NCBI GenBank assembly: GCA_051362555.1
Contig: CM120648.1
Location: forward strand, 6,506,587-6,570,586
Length of the DNA stretch: 64,000 nucleotides
Direction: 5' to 3'
DNA from: Lingula anatina
Lineage: Eukaryota > Animalia > Brachiopoda
The position numbers were made by a program, and so were the translations under genes. Positions 28,045 through 41,347 of this stretch are shown here, piece after piece. Positions within the stretch are counted from its first letter, which is position 1; every line of letters starts with the position of its first letter. The notes beneath the pieces were generated by a model. That model had not been told where the DNA came from and did not search any database. It saw nothing but the letters and a program-made list of their open reading frames with translations.

Positions 28045-28401
28045 TGGAGACACCATAATGAAAATCATTCACTATGTTTTCAAAATTTTCTGTCCCATTC
28101 TATATACTCTTCTAAAATATGTGTGAAGCGGTACTTTCTGCCTGCTGGGTAGGTGTTCGTAATCTCCATACTACCAGAGCCTTGTTTGTTTTTTTTTGGT
28201 TAACACGTATCTGTTATCTAAATAACGGTGGCTAATAAGATCACTCTCTGCCGTCCCCGCTCACCTGTGTGCAGCATGTATAGACAGACGCACGGTGGAT
28301 GGTATGATATGGAGATTCAGGTCAGCGTGTACAACATGAACAGTGTACTTAAAATATGTGATTTTAAGTAATGCTATTCATAGCTCTCTTTTTCCCTCTC
28401 C

Positions 28402-28462
<61 letters not shown>

Positions 28463-30008
28463 GCGCATACTAAAATCATTTACAGGTTTATTTTTGAAAA
28501 AGGGTTTTAGTATTTCTCCTTGGAAAGATATAGGCGAAATATTCACCCTCAGGAATCATCAAACTGTATCTATATCGTAGTTGAATGCAACGGTCAACGT
28601 TGTCGCTGACCCCTCGCCCCAATCTAAAAGGACAAACACGACAGGCGACTTAAAGTCTCATATTTCATATGTCACCTGTGCGTCTCTGAAGTTATCCGAG
28701 TACAGGTAAGAAGTACGCCAGCACATAATTCACTGTCACGAGTTCACGGTGTCCCCACATCACAAAGTACGTCTCTGAGACGACAACAGGTATGACATTC
28801 CCACTGTTACCTGAGCTATAAAGGAGCCTTATTTAAGGTTAACAGCATCTGTTAAGTGCTTGGGTTATACAAGTATATCTTTATTCATTGAACACCACAC
28901 TTAAAGGTATTGAATCCAGTTGACGACTTAATCAAACCCTTTACATACAGCTGTCACTAATGAGATATCTCTTAAGTTTACCTCTACAGTAAAGTCACGA
29001 GTGGGGTGATGAAGAACTGATGAATACAAGAGGACGCAGAGGAAAAGGAAGATTATGATGAAAAAGAAGTCACTTTAGAAATATTATTCAAAGCCAATTT
29101 TTTAAATTTATTTCAAACACAAAATCAATACAGGATGTTTGCTACTCAGTACTCCACACACCTTTCACACAATGAGAAAAAATACGTGCAAATAATGATA
29201 TGAAATAGGCCTATATGTAGATTTACATTGAAGTAATAAGACAGATTCTTAGTGGGTTATGGTGATTTCACAGGAATCATTGGATATGAGGTTCAGCATT
29301 TTTCCAACTTAAGTAGTTAAGAATAGCATGAATAACATCGCCCCTTCCAGTCATGTAAATGCTTTTTCCACACTTCCCCACTTCTTTTTTTAAATCGACT
29401 GCCTCTTTCAAAGTAATTTCCTCACACTAATAAAAATGCACTGAATATTCGACGCCACGTATATCGCTCAGGCAAAATATATTATATAACTCTGGCACTT
29501 GTCGTCGGGTTGAGGATGAACGCGGACGGACTTGTAACTATTACATTACACTTGTCATTACATATCACCGTTTCCCAAGAGTTAAACTTTTGTGCAGATT
29601 GAACAGACACTGTTACAACAACAAATTTTGCACATATATGCGTGTACATCCTGTAGTTATCTGCTTATTTTTTTCTCTCTCTTATTCCAATCTCTAATTT
29701 CGTCAAATCAATATGTGTTATGTAAGCAATACTGACATAGATTGCTTAAGTATTGCAGGTAAAAGTTCAAATGGATTATTGTCTGTAGTATCATGGAACG
29801 GGCGTTATGTTTGTAATTGTCATTCATATCAAGGTTCAATTAGATATTAAATACGTAAAAAAAAAATGTTGACAGAACAGGAGCATCACTTTTGCAGATA
29901 ATCAGATAATTTATCTTCTAAATTGACAGTAACACAAAGAAATGAACTAATTTGCAACCTGGCATGATGTCACACACAAGGTCGGTCAGGTACCTTGACT
30001 GGGGACAA

Positions 30009-30050
<42 letters not shown>

Positions 30051-32346
30051 CTTCGATGTTTTGCCAACAAATAATTGTTGGTAATAAGAAGTATCACACA
30101 GGATCTTTGTGTTTGCAATGGACAACATGGACAACGCCCCCCCTCTCTCTCTCTCTCTCTCACTCTCTCTCTCTCTCTCTCTGAGGGGAGTGTGGTTCTG
30201 TTTCACCCAAGAGTAACTTACAGAACGGAAAACAACGAAGTTCCAATTAAATCACCTTAGATGACACAATGTTCTTTGTCAAATAAGAACAGTTCTAATA
30301 TTATTCATTGTCAAACTTTGGCACGGCATCAGACTCCTTGGCTTCAACGTTCACCTTATGGGACATTTCGTTAACGAAGACATTTGCGATGATCTTCTTT
30401 GTTCAATCTGTTACAGCTATGGAATTTCGATTCATTTCCAGGATGGTTAAGTTGATAGAGGTCAACAGCATAAGGTCAACATTGTCATCGAAAGGTCACA
30501 TCTATCACTGGAACTGATGGAGGGTGGGGTGGGGTGGGGGTGGAGTGGGTATTTAGCGGAAAAAATAGGGACGGTAAAAAGTTTGACTCCTATATTACCT
30601 GTAGTCACTACTGTACCCTTTGGCTTGTTTATTTATCTGTCTCTCATACATGTTTATCTGTAAATTCGCATCCACTTATTTATTTATTTATTTATTTAAT
30701 AAAACTCCTTCCTTCGCCATTTCTCTCCCGGCCACTACGGTACCATGATTCCACAGCCACAGATACAAGGGAGGGTAAATTGAGAAAGACAAATTTAATG
30801 TTATTAGATGGTATTCCGTTGAAACACTATGAAAAGTAAATCACAGGGGAAATCATCAACATCGCAGTGTTAAGAACTCACCAGATGTTAAAGAAATAAA
30901 GGGCGATCTCTTTTTTTTTTTTTTTTTTTTGAAAAAAATGCTGCAATTTAGGGCATTTTTTCCCAGTAGGCCTACTCATCGTAATACCACTCTCCTGTAG
31001 ACCCTGGTTAAAAAACCTGGAGACTGGCTTTGAGTATGAACACAATCTAGACTCGGCCATTTTATCAAAGGAGGAGAGAGGAAAGCCCCCCCCCCCCCCC
31101 CCGGCACCCCTCCATCCACCCGCTGGTAATCACTTAGTCGTCACTTCCCCTTTATCTTTCATATTGCAGGCGATATTTTATTAAATTCCGCCTTCATTGG
31201 TGAAACTTCCCACAACCAAGACTATGGGATCAAAGTAATCAATCTTAACGTGGCCCCAATAGATGACCTCAGATTAATTGTTTTGCAGATAGGAAATGCC
31301 ACATATTGTTTTATGAACGCCCGTCTAAACTGAAAAATCAGGCAATCGTAGCCTACGTCATATAGTTTTCAGGTCGAATTGGCTTAGTTCTGGTGTGATC
31401 TCGTCCATATAGGTTTTCCTCGTTTCTAATCGCCTTCATTTATTTTGAGTCAGCGATACGCTGCAAGCAGCAAAGAACAACTACAAAGAGGAAATACGTG
31501 AAGACGAATAGGCTGTTATGTCTATTTATAAAATATACAGTGAATATGTATGCCCAACTATTTATCTCGACTTCCACAGGAATGTGGCTATTCAGGATTA
31601 AAAAGGGAAGCAATGGATGGAGTCTGTAAGACGGTCTGGCTTGATATATAAACGTATCTAGATCCCAGGGTGGTTCTTACAGGTTCGATTAAGGGAAGGA
31701 CTTATCCGTGCTGAGCTGTCATATTGAGACTTTTCTTCTTCTCCCTGCGGAATTAAAAAAATGTGTCAAGCCCCCCCCCTCTCTCTCTCTCTCTCTCTGT
31801 GTGTATGCGTGTGAGTGGAATTTCCAATTCAATGAGCCGAAAGTCGTGCAATCGCATTTCCCGCCGACGCAAACACGTATCCCATGGCCCGCTGCCTCGT
31901 GAAACGTGAAATAGCGAGACTAGAGCCCAGGCAGCGTTATCTACCAGACTAATGCACGTTTATTATGTCGGATATCTTAAACTGAAATCAGCATCCTTCT
32001 TTTAAGACTACATTTCCAATGTAGGTGTGTCTTGGAAAAGATTGGTGTTTATGTTTTTCTTTATGGTTGCTTTTTAGATAGAACACACCCCCCCCCCCCC
32101 AACATGATCCAGTTTACCAGAGGTACCTGTACGTATGGCGCGTGTTTAAAAAGCACGCATGCCAACACGTTGTGTTATAAAACTAATCCTTTCGTGTCTT
32201 ATGTTACTCATATTACTTTCAATAATAAGATGTCGACTAAAGAAGAGTAGTGGTTTTGTTATAACGTGCACGACTGAAGGGAAGTGGTGTGACACGACAA
32301 TAATAAGCGACTTCACGAGTTTTTTCCTGTATGTACTCTGAGACAG

Positions 32347-32392
<46 letters not shown>

Positions 32393-34821
32393 GATGATGA
32401 TAATGAATAAAATAATGAAATAAGAATAAGAATGAAAGAATAAAACACACAAAAAAAAAGACGTACACAAAAGAAGGATGTTTGTGGATATCAACACACT
32501 GCTAACAACCAATAATTGACAGGCTGTTATGTAAGTCCGACCACTGACCGCTGCGTGTGGGAGGTGTCTTGGTGTGGTGCATTTTTCTAGGAATATCAAC
32601 ACCGCGACAGGATCGTCGTGCTGAGGAACTAGACCCAAGATACCACGACTGTCCACCACTGGTTTAAATACGACGGTAATTGAATACACCGCAGGGTGAG
32701 CATTTCCAGAGATTGAGTATCTTTGAAAAAAAAAATGATATTATCAAAAACATCTTAGGGTGGAGAAAGAAGTGACTTAGAGATAATTGAGACGTTCAAT
32801 ACACGATGCAATATCCCAGACGCGAGGTTACTTATGTCAGTGATGAATGCGATAAAATTCCCGTCCTTGAATTGAGAAAAAAAGTTACAAATAACAAAGT
32901 AATGAATCAGAGCTAAAATGTCTCAAGTCAAACCGCAAATCCCAGAGCTAAATACCAAAACATTTTAATGAAAGCTCCTTAACAAAAACTGTAGGCGACA
33001 ACACAATTCAAGTTAAATTTGGCTGATACGCTAGGTATAGCAAATAGAATGCTCCGTCGTACAGTTGGATAATAAGCGCCCCTTGGAGAACTCTATTAGG
33101 AAACCAGAAGGCGAGGGTAGTTATCATGTTGCAACTGTCTTTTGCACGTGATAAGAACTGGTAAATATTTTATAAGAGTTTTAGACAGATTTGTTAGCTC
33201 CGTTACTAAGAAGAAATGATCTAACTTTTGGAATTTCAAAGAAATTATCGGAGAAACTATGCCAAAACACAGATGTCACCAAACTCTGTTATCGTACACA
33301 AGTAAATAAGTAAATGAATAAATTCATAAATAAATGAAAGTCTAAAACAGAGACGTTCTGATATCAAAGCAAATACAACGAAATATAAAAGATATCGAAA
33401 ACTGAGACACGTTTCAGTTTTCGTAAAATATTTTAACAATTTCCTCACAAAACATCTTACAGCATTGCGGAATAACTACACTGTACATCTACGCTAGGGG
33501 AAAGGTTCGGTCTCAGCGTTTTAATTGCGTTCAAGGATCAATACAATGAGTTTGATTTGAAAGCTATCTGACATTCCAGAAATTACAGCATGAGTCAAGG
33601 CAAGATCCAACAGTCACTCAAGTATTGGCGTATACTGTATGTGTTCTAATATCACACTGCAAGTAAGTTAGCGAAAATAATATCCTAAGTAGCCTACAGT
33701 CTGGATTTGAATCCTTGTGTCATGAAAGAAAAATAACACTGTGGGCAAGATCACGACTTGAAACATAACAGAGTGTGCAAAGACAAAACCCGAAATGTAA
33801 AGAAGGCCACTTTGTGTAGCATATCCATATTGGGCATATTTACAGGTGTTAACCTTTTTCATTTAGCTTAATATTGGCAGTCACTTACAGTAGTGAGAGA
33901 CGGTAAAAACTGATCTACAGAACGAATCTCTAAAAACGAGGAAGTGAACCTTGGCTGATAGGGGTTAAAGCGTTAAAAAGGCAATCAGAAAATCAGTTCA
34001 TGGAATATTTTGCCCTACCAATTTGCCTTTTTCGCCTCTGAGTACTCCACTGTGGTCATTCTAGTATGGTAGAGGAAACCACACCACTTTAAAAAAAATT
34101 AAAAATGGCATATCAGGGACGCGGATGAATTGAACGGACTGAAGAATGTAATCACAGGCAATCTTGTATTTCAAGTTAAGCTTTGATTACTGGCGTGGGC
34201 ATAGAACCAAATGGCTTGAGCGTTCATGCCGTGACTTTAAACCATAAGGCGGAGTGCAATAGTGTTAATCGGGTCAGCATAATATAACTTACTGCATGTT
34301 AGTAATGTATCTTGTGCCCCGCCCACTTTCCTTGACCGGAGAGAGGTGGAAAGGGGAGGTATTCTTTTATGTTCTTTATCGTAATTCATTTATCAGTATG
34401 ATAAGGTTAAAAGAGGTTGAATGCTTCTGTTAAATTATTCATGCATGACCTATAAATTATGATGTTTATACTTCTCATGCCAAACCCATTATAAAGTTCT
34501 TTCGGTTCTGACAACAAGATCTAGCGTATATCGTACATGTGTGTGTGTGTGGGGGGGGGGGGGGGCTTGAACAAAATTGAATGAGTATTATTTCAAGTAG
34601 CTCGAAAACTATCACCACGTCCACTGACTCATTAAGCTGACAGATTAGGTCGAGAAATGACTGGGGGAATTCAAGACGGTGGATTGCAATTAAGTGGCGG
34701 TTGTCTGAGGTAAGACCTGAGGCAAAAAGTACACGTTTTGCCATTTGACGGGAAAATCTGTGTCACTTACCTTGAGCGGCCTTACAATAACAACAGTCTC
34801 AATTTCTGCAGTCGGAGCCAT
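19455..34821 (-). CDS. TMEM47: TMEM47/VAB-9/PERP-like PMP22-claudin superfamily tetraspan protein, 208 aa. Exons 34771..34821, 20872..21052, 20278..20427, 19455..19699
   Basis: The spliced ORF reads [17 protein letters not shown]|VLALIFGC...HWLQ...REGLFVAC...TC...WTQAVAAMC...LIVYPIMF...[11 protein letters not shown]...KETEA*. It has four TM segments, the claudin W-GLx-C-C loop and the RPLK N-terminal motif typical of TMEM47; all introns are GT..AG and in phase. Confidence 0.88.
20457..20641. mobile_element. CAGG-terminated MITE in TMEM47 intron 2
   Basis: TIRs caggaccgtaggcag / ctggctacgggcctg; similar to 10355 and 49220. Confidence 0.7.
25774..26188. mobile_element. GC-rich MITE (CAGTGGCGGAT...ATCCGCCCCTG) with 5-bp TSD catac/tatac
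   Basis: Imperfect TIRs; the flanks reconstitute one minisatellite unit; internal (agtaccaaac)n repeat. Confidence 0.75.
25985..26080 (-). mobile_element. 5'-truncated 3' end of an RTE-type LINE with (ATAG)n tail
   Basis: The minus strand encodes ...[24 protein letters not shown], an RTE-like C-terminus (DRxxWRxxV). It has a microsatellite tail and TSD ggggctcttc (25975-25984) / ggggctgttc (26081-26090). Confidence 0.7.
26465..26691 (-). mobile_element. DINE-1/HINE-like (Helentron-associated) non-autonomous element
   Basis: Subterminal inverted cctccgccaagg / cctttgcggagg and an internal acag microsatellite, an arrangement typical of DINE-1-like elements. Confidence 0.55.
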
Positions 34822-36899
34822 ATTGACCACTAGCACTTGCTTGAGAATTCAAGTCGAAAATCCTTTCAAATATACTCAAAACTCCTGTAATGTCCAAGAG
34901 TTGTTTTTTCGTTCACCAGCAAGGTCTGCTGCAGGCGCAGTCTCAGTAGCAACCTGAAGCTAAGAGGTAGCTCTAGATTCCAACAAGAGTCCACGCCGTG
35001 CTACAGTAAATCACAAACATCCATCAACAAAATTGATAACTACAAGAGGGTATATTCTCGTCAGAGTATGAGAAATACCCAGGCCGGTATATATAACATA
35101 ATATAACCCAGCAACTGAAGCCTCCGAACACTACTACACCGCTGCCCCCAGTAAATCACGCCGGTAATTCCAAAAGACTACTCAAGAACACTCGCTCCGG
35201 ACCGTCTGGTTATTTCAGGCAGTTGTGTTTTTAGGCTTCTGTAGCTACACATTGAGTTACGTTGTTCCCTGCTGCGAGAGGCGGTCGGCACGTACTAACG
35301 CTATAATATCGTGGTAAATATCCATACGTTAATTCTATCCCACTGTCTCGCCGCCGTCGTCTCAGGTAGCTGAAGTAGGGATGACCTGGCTATATCAAAG
35401 CGGTGCTATCTATTCGCGTGGTTACACTGAACTTGCCTCAGTCTTGTCGTAGCGTACTGCTGTACATATGGGAACACAGGTAGACTATTTCGTAGGTCCA
35501 CGATTCGAGAGTGAGCGATCCGCGTTGTATTGTATGGCCTGATCGTACCTGAGGCACCCGCTTGGTGCGTCGAACTCCAAATCAGCTCAGGTCAGCGTCT
35601 TAGCGTCCTAGGCACAGTTCAGCTCAGTTTCGTGTTGAGTCCGACATGAATGTCATCAGTAGCGTGACGTCTATATACTGATACTGTGACAGTCAGTGAC
35701 TGAAGGGAACTAATACCCGAGCTACAGCAGCGCACTCTATATTCCTAAGGTGTTGATAAGCATCTAGCAATGAGTCACGATGCGTGAAGCAAATTATTAA
35801 AGGCGAAATGTTAGTGGCGGTCGTCAGAGTAGGAAAGGAATGTTAAGAATATGATATGATAAGAATATTTCAACCAGTGAGCAAAGTGAAATACAAAAAT
35901 TGGAATGCGAGATCTAAGGATTACAATAAATAACTGAACAAATGAGAGTATTTGCTGTTTTTTCCATGCTGTCGTTTCTCATACTTTTACAATTTTTTCA
36001 CAGTTGGGTAGTTGGGGGAGGTGGGAGTGGGGTGGGGGATGAATCTCCCTGCCAATAGTACTCAGGATTTTGGGTATCCTCAAAATGTAGTGTAGTCTAC
36101 ACCAACTTGTTCTAGTGAAGAATAGATCCCCCCAAAACTAATATCAGCCCAATTGTAACCTAATCGTAAGAGTGGGGCTATTACTTTTCTTGAACTTGTA
36201 AATAAAACAGTATCTGCTGGACCGGCGAAGCTATACCCCCTCCTCTCCCCCCCCCCTCCCCCCCCCCCCCCCCCCCCCCCCCCACCAAGTCTCAGGCACT
36301 ACAGAATATATGTCCCACTTTTTAAACGATAAAGTCTGAATGATCGGCTGCCTTGAAAGGGTTTGAAAGTGAACCTGTTTAAATATTACAATGCACCTAT
36401 TCGTGTAGGGTTGTGCATTTTAAAATTAACCTTATCGCCACTTTATATTGTAAACATTTATGACAGAGGGCATGCAAACCCGACTTGATAAATATTCAGA
36501 TAACGACAATTCAAACACTTTAAGTGCTGAAGTTATGGCCTTTATTTGAATGCAAATAAAGGCGTTCTTTGTATCAAAATATAATATAATATACAAACAC
36601 CTAAAGTGGTATTATTTTAAAGGCAATGCCGAATAGCTGCCTTTTTTGTCACGATATCAGTGGATTTATCAGCTGCTATTTACAATTCGATATTTCACGA
36701 TTAATAAAATTTATTGAGTTTACTACGTTGTTGACATCCGATATCGCTCGTTTTATACAAAATGGCATTAAAGAAGAGCCGAAACCATGTATCCGCCCAT
36801 GATATGAAAATTACCGAAAGTATAATATATCTGACTTGGTATTCTGTTAACAGGGAAACTATATATAGTATATGTATATATACATTTTGAAACCTCTTT

Positions 36900-37173
36900 C
36901 AGGGCCGTAGCCTGAGCAAACTGCCGGGGGGGGGGGGGGGGGGGGGGGCAGTAAGCGGACACGAGGGGGCGAAGCCACCAAGGGGGGGGGAGGGTGTCCC
37001 CCCACCACGGTGTGGAAAATTTTTAAAAACTGTATGTATAATACTGCATTCTGGTGCATTTTAACTGTTATTTATTGCTCAATCAGAAGTCAGAAATTGC
37101 GATTATTTTTTTGCACCTCAAATCCCAGGGGGGGCAGCTGCCCCCCCCTGTCCCCCCGGAGGCTACGGCCCTG
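36900..37173. mobile_element. MITE with 13-bp TIR CAGGGCCGTAGCC and 5-bp TSD TCTTT; shares its terminal ~200 bp with the hAT relic at 52313
   Basis: TIR pair cagggccgtagcc / ggctacggccctg; TCTTT at 36895-36899 and 37174-37178; near identity to 52313..52508. Confidence 0.88.
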
Positions 37174-40100
37174 TCTTTCATTGTGTCTTTCCAGTAGAGT
37201 CATTTCTCACACAAGCCAAATGAGTCCACACTGTTCAACATGCGGAGTTGCCAACGTGACAGTACTAAAAATACCAAGACCTATTGTGTTACGTCTTATT
37301 GACACGGGTTCTGTAAAAACGCCTGTAAACAATACGAGAGTCTGTTCTAATTAATACACAGAGAACAGGTAAATGGATAATAAAGTTGGCCTCTCTAGAT
37401 CTGAAAATGTAGCCACAAATCTCTTTGACTCTCCGTACTCTTACATTACCGACCTCTTAATTAGCCGCCTAGATTGAGTGAGAGCGTTGGGGATTTTCTC
37501 TTGCTAAATTTTATTTATTTATTTATTTAACCACATTTAAACGATGAAAGAAAAAAATTATTAAAGATTGAGAGGGAATTTCCCGTATGACAACTCACTA
37601 TCCGGTCCTTACGTTTTGACTGATCATGACATCTGACCCCCTCATCCGCCCCGCCCCTCCTTTCCCGGCCAATTGATGAGAAAAGAAGTCTCTTCTCAAT
37701 CAAATCTCCAGCAATGTGTTTGTACTTACATGTAGGCACTCCTCTATCGCAATCATATACTTTGGTAGAGCGTCAAGAGGAGCTATCTCCTTTTTTTCGC
37801 ACGTGAAGACCACCCAATTTTTATTCGGGAAAAAGGCGTACGCATGAAGTGCAGCGAAGAAGCTACCTACTTGCCAATCTAACTTTCTATTCTAAGGTGG
37901 TAAAAGCAAGAAGCTTGCTGATGAAATGTGCACTGAAGAAATAAATAGTATATCAAATATATAAATATTATAAATGTAAGTGTATATATACACTGTCTTG
38001 GCTTTTATCATCTCAAATGTCCCCATAAAATATTATCTGACACAGGTGGTGAGCTATTGAATTCCCAGATTTCAGTGTGTATTTACACTAATAGGCAGTG
38101 AGCCAGCCCCCTGATGTATTCTGACATATTTTATTTTGTTATTTTTAGATAACCCGACCCACTGACCTAATCATAAGGTGCGCATGAGTTTCTGGTTCTT
38201 GTTATCTTATGAATCCATCGTACAGGCTAGTGCGCACTAACCCCATGTGGGGCTCTTGCTGAATACAAGCATGATGCAACTTGCCTTTATTTCACGTAGG
38301 TTTTCTCCAGTGCCCCTATATGCGTGCACGTCTTGAGTGTTTTTTATTTATTTAAGCCCCCTTTACACTGGTAGTACGGCCCCGTTTGAGAGTAAATAAA
38401 ATAATACTTGGCGTGCCGACAACTGGCCCACCATTGAGCATTCAATCTGCAGCCAAAGCGATGCTTGTGACTTCTTTCTACAGTACGACCACAGCGATGC
38501 CAGTTTCATGGGCGCACAAAGGACGCAGAAAGGACGCTGTCCAGTTTAAAGGGGGCTTAAACTACCAGTATGTGATTTGCACGCCTCTAGCCTGCAGTGT
38601 AGGCCAATGCCCTATCTGTCATTTCCATTTTTGTCGTCAGTCACCACAGACTATCTATTATACTGCAGTAGGAGGAAATATGAATAAAACATTCCTAATG
38701 TTGTCGTTGCCCTAACTGTCTGCTATGATGGTCTGCTATAAAGGCGTGTTGGTTACTGACCTCGCAGTCAATGACCTGTCTGAAAAGGTCAGTGACCGTT
38801 TGTGTTCCATTTACTTTCAAACCTTAGGAAAACAACGGTCAGTTGGCGCAGGTGACAAGTTATAAGAGGTTCCGTGGCACAAAATTTACATTCAGTTCGG
38901 GTTCAAATAGAGGTAACGCGGTTTTTCTCTCTTTGGCACTAATAAAAAACAATGAGACGAAGGGGCGCCGGAGTCAAATGAGGCGACCTGTACATCCAGG
39001 TCATTAACCTTGTGATAAATCTCTGGTGTGACAGCAACGTCGGCTCGTCGTTCAAATTTACCACGTAAGTTGCATAATTTGATTTGTATATATTCTTGAT
39101 GCTAAATCTACCGGATGATTTAGAGCAGTGACTAAACAATGTAATTGGAACCTGTTTTTCATGTACGCAGTCAACGAGAGAGACGGATAATAAAAGAACG
39201 TGACTTCTAAGGGTATAAATTTTCAATCTGACGCAATACTGCATTAATGCATAATCGGAATAATGGAGACCAAAAAAAGAAAACAGGTTCATTTGTGTAA
39301 AGGTTCATTGCCCGTTTGTCTGTTGTCCTCATTTGATGCCTATATATATAATAACCCAGGCACAGTTGACATTTCAGATAGCAAGGAACGCTCGCACTGG
39401 AAGTACTGCTAGCTGTCTTATAAAAGGAATTCAGTGTAAAGGTATGGTTTTTAAATCATTTATATGACTGAAACGCCAAAATGGGAGGGATTCGCTTAGC
39501 CAAGGACGCGTTCACGGAAAACATTTTTACCGAGACGTCTTCAGTAACTGGAGATTTTATATAGTAGCGTAAGGGGGCGTCTCGATAGTCCGAAGGTTCA
39601 CTGGTCCGAAAAACGGTAAAATGTCATCGTTTTTTTAATCAAGGGTTCATTGGTCCGAAGGTTCTATAGTAAACATTCGGACCAATGAACCTTCGGACTT
39701 TTGCTACTGGGCCGCAGTGTAAAATGTGAATAGGAATGAAAAAGGAATAACGTTCTTTTATTCTGTCGAGGGTCAACTATACAGGTGATAAATTTAAGCA
39801 AGGGCACCATGTCCATGTTCTGACACTGCCCTAGACATAAGCAAAACTCTCTTTTACCTAACGTTAACCTCAGACGGTAGTAAATCATGGACTCAACCAC
39901 TATCTTTTAGAGCGGAGTCCCTCTCTCAGCTGTACCACATCCATGTACAAGATTAGACCGGTGTAACGAAACTGAGGGTCCGTGTAACAGAAGGTTTTTA
40001 TAATGGTTAGGGTTAGCCTGACATAACAGGGTCATAATGTAGGGCGAGGCTTACCTGTACAAATGAACAAAGAATGGGAAATCGGACTCTACCACGGGGA

Positions 40101-40241
40101 AGTTTTTGTCATGTTACAACGGAAAATACGTGGAGATCCCCCCCCCCCCCCCGCGAACTTGGCTGGGGAAATGTGGTAGCCAGTTGACGTCACCATACAA
40201 TCTACATTTGACAATGGAATTACATGAACTTTTTTATCCTG

Positions 40242-40463
40242 TATTTCCTTGATTTGACCTGTTACGAAATAGTCCTAATGGAAATCACCTTCAGGTCGCT
40301 TCTCCTCGCGGCCTCGGTGCAAGCCAGGGTCGTCAACCGTACCCTCCGACAGGAGTCTCTGTAGGTAGCTTGTTTCAAAATTGTGTGAAATACCACTTTA
40401 TTACACCTTACAGAGCATGGCGGAGCTCCCTGTGGGGAGGGGGGGGGGGGTACGTAAACCATG

Positions 40464-40509
<46 letters not shown>

Positions 40510-40522
40510 CCAAGCTTTCCAA

Positions 40523-40588
<66 letters not shown>

Positions 40589-40677
40589 CCTTGATTTGAC
40601 CTGTTACGAAAGAAACCTGAAGGTGATTTGCGGTAGGACTCTTTTCGTAACAGGTCAAATCAAGGAAATATATATAT
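40242..40677. mobile_element. Element with long TIRs (tatttccttgatttgacctgttacgaaa...) containing (TG)n and (TA)n tracts and an extra internal copy of the terminus
   Basis: 40242..40296 is the reverse complement of ~40615..40670; a third terminus at 40583 forms a hairpin with the right end. Confidence 0.65.
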
Positions 40678-41347
40678 CCAGATGGTTATATGGTAATGAA
40701 TCCATTGCATAATTATTATAGTATATTGCACAACGTCGTGTTAAACTGTGCACCAGTATAGAAATGAATTGAATCGTTGCTTATTTGTCCAAGCTGCGTA
40801 TTGCTCGTCCAAGATTGAATATAGCATGGTGAGCATCGATATTTTTTATTCTCCATTAATTTTTCTCAGCCTTTGTAATCCCGTGCAACGGGATGACGAG
40901 AGAGCAATTCCCAGGGTTTCTTTATAAGAAAAAGCGGGCTAAAAATGCGCACAGAGTTGGACGTTGTTACAATTAGGGCACTAGGTTGATGATATAAGAG
41001 CATGTAGGTCATCTTTGATATAAGGGAGTTCGTTGATTTGAGGACAATCTTGCCGCCCAGGTGATATGTACTTTCACGCGTACGTTGGTTGAAAAATCTT
41101 AATTTGTATACAGTATCTTTATAAATATTTTTCTTTTTAAAACAATTCACAAATGTATTTTTTATTTACAAGATGCAATAAATTAATAGATAAATAGATA
41201 AAAATACAAATTAAAATATTAACTAGGATTAGATAATCATATATGAATTAATATGACTTAAGATATATAATTTTCCCAATCTTTCTAACAATGCCAGTCA
41301 CAAGGGTAAGATGTAAGAATAGCAAGTGTCAATTTGTCCTCACAGGT

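Noticed and set aside
40006-40017. Interstitial telomeric repeat (ggttagggttag)
   Set aside because: Only two units, a motif common inside invertebrate repeats.
40370-40712. ORFs with CV, IY, HT, ER or poly-L/I runs (also near 23864, 28364, 29918 and 32146)
   Set aside because: They are translations of microsatellites.
41291-41347. 19-aa N-terminal extension of the SULT from the upstream ATG
   Set aside because: A good acceptor (tttgtcctcacag) ends at 41345, so this is probably intron; not fully excluded.
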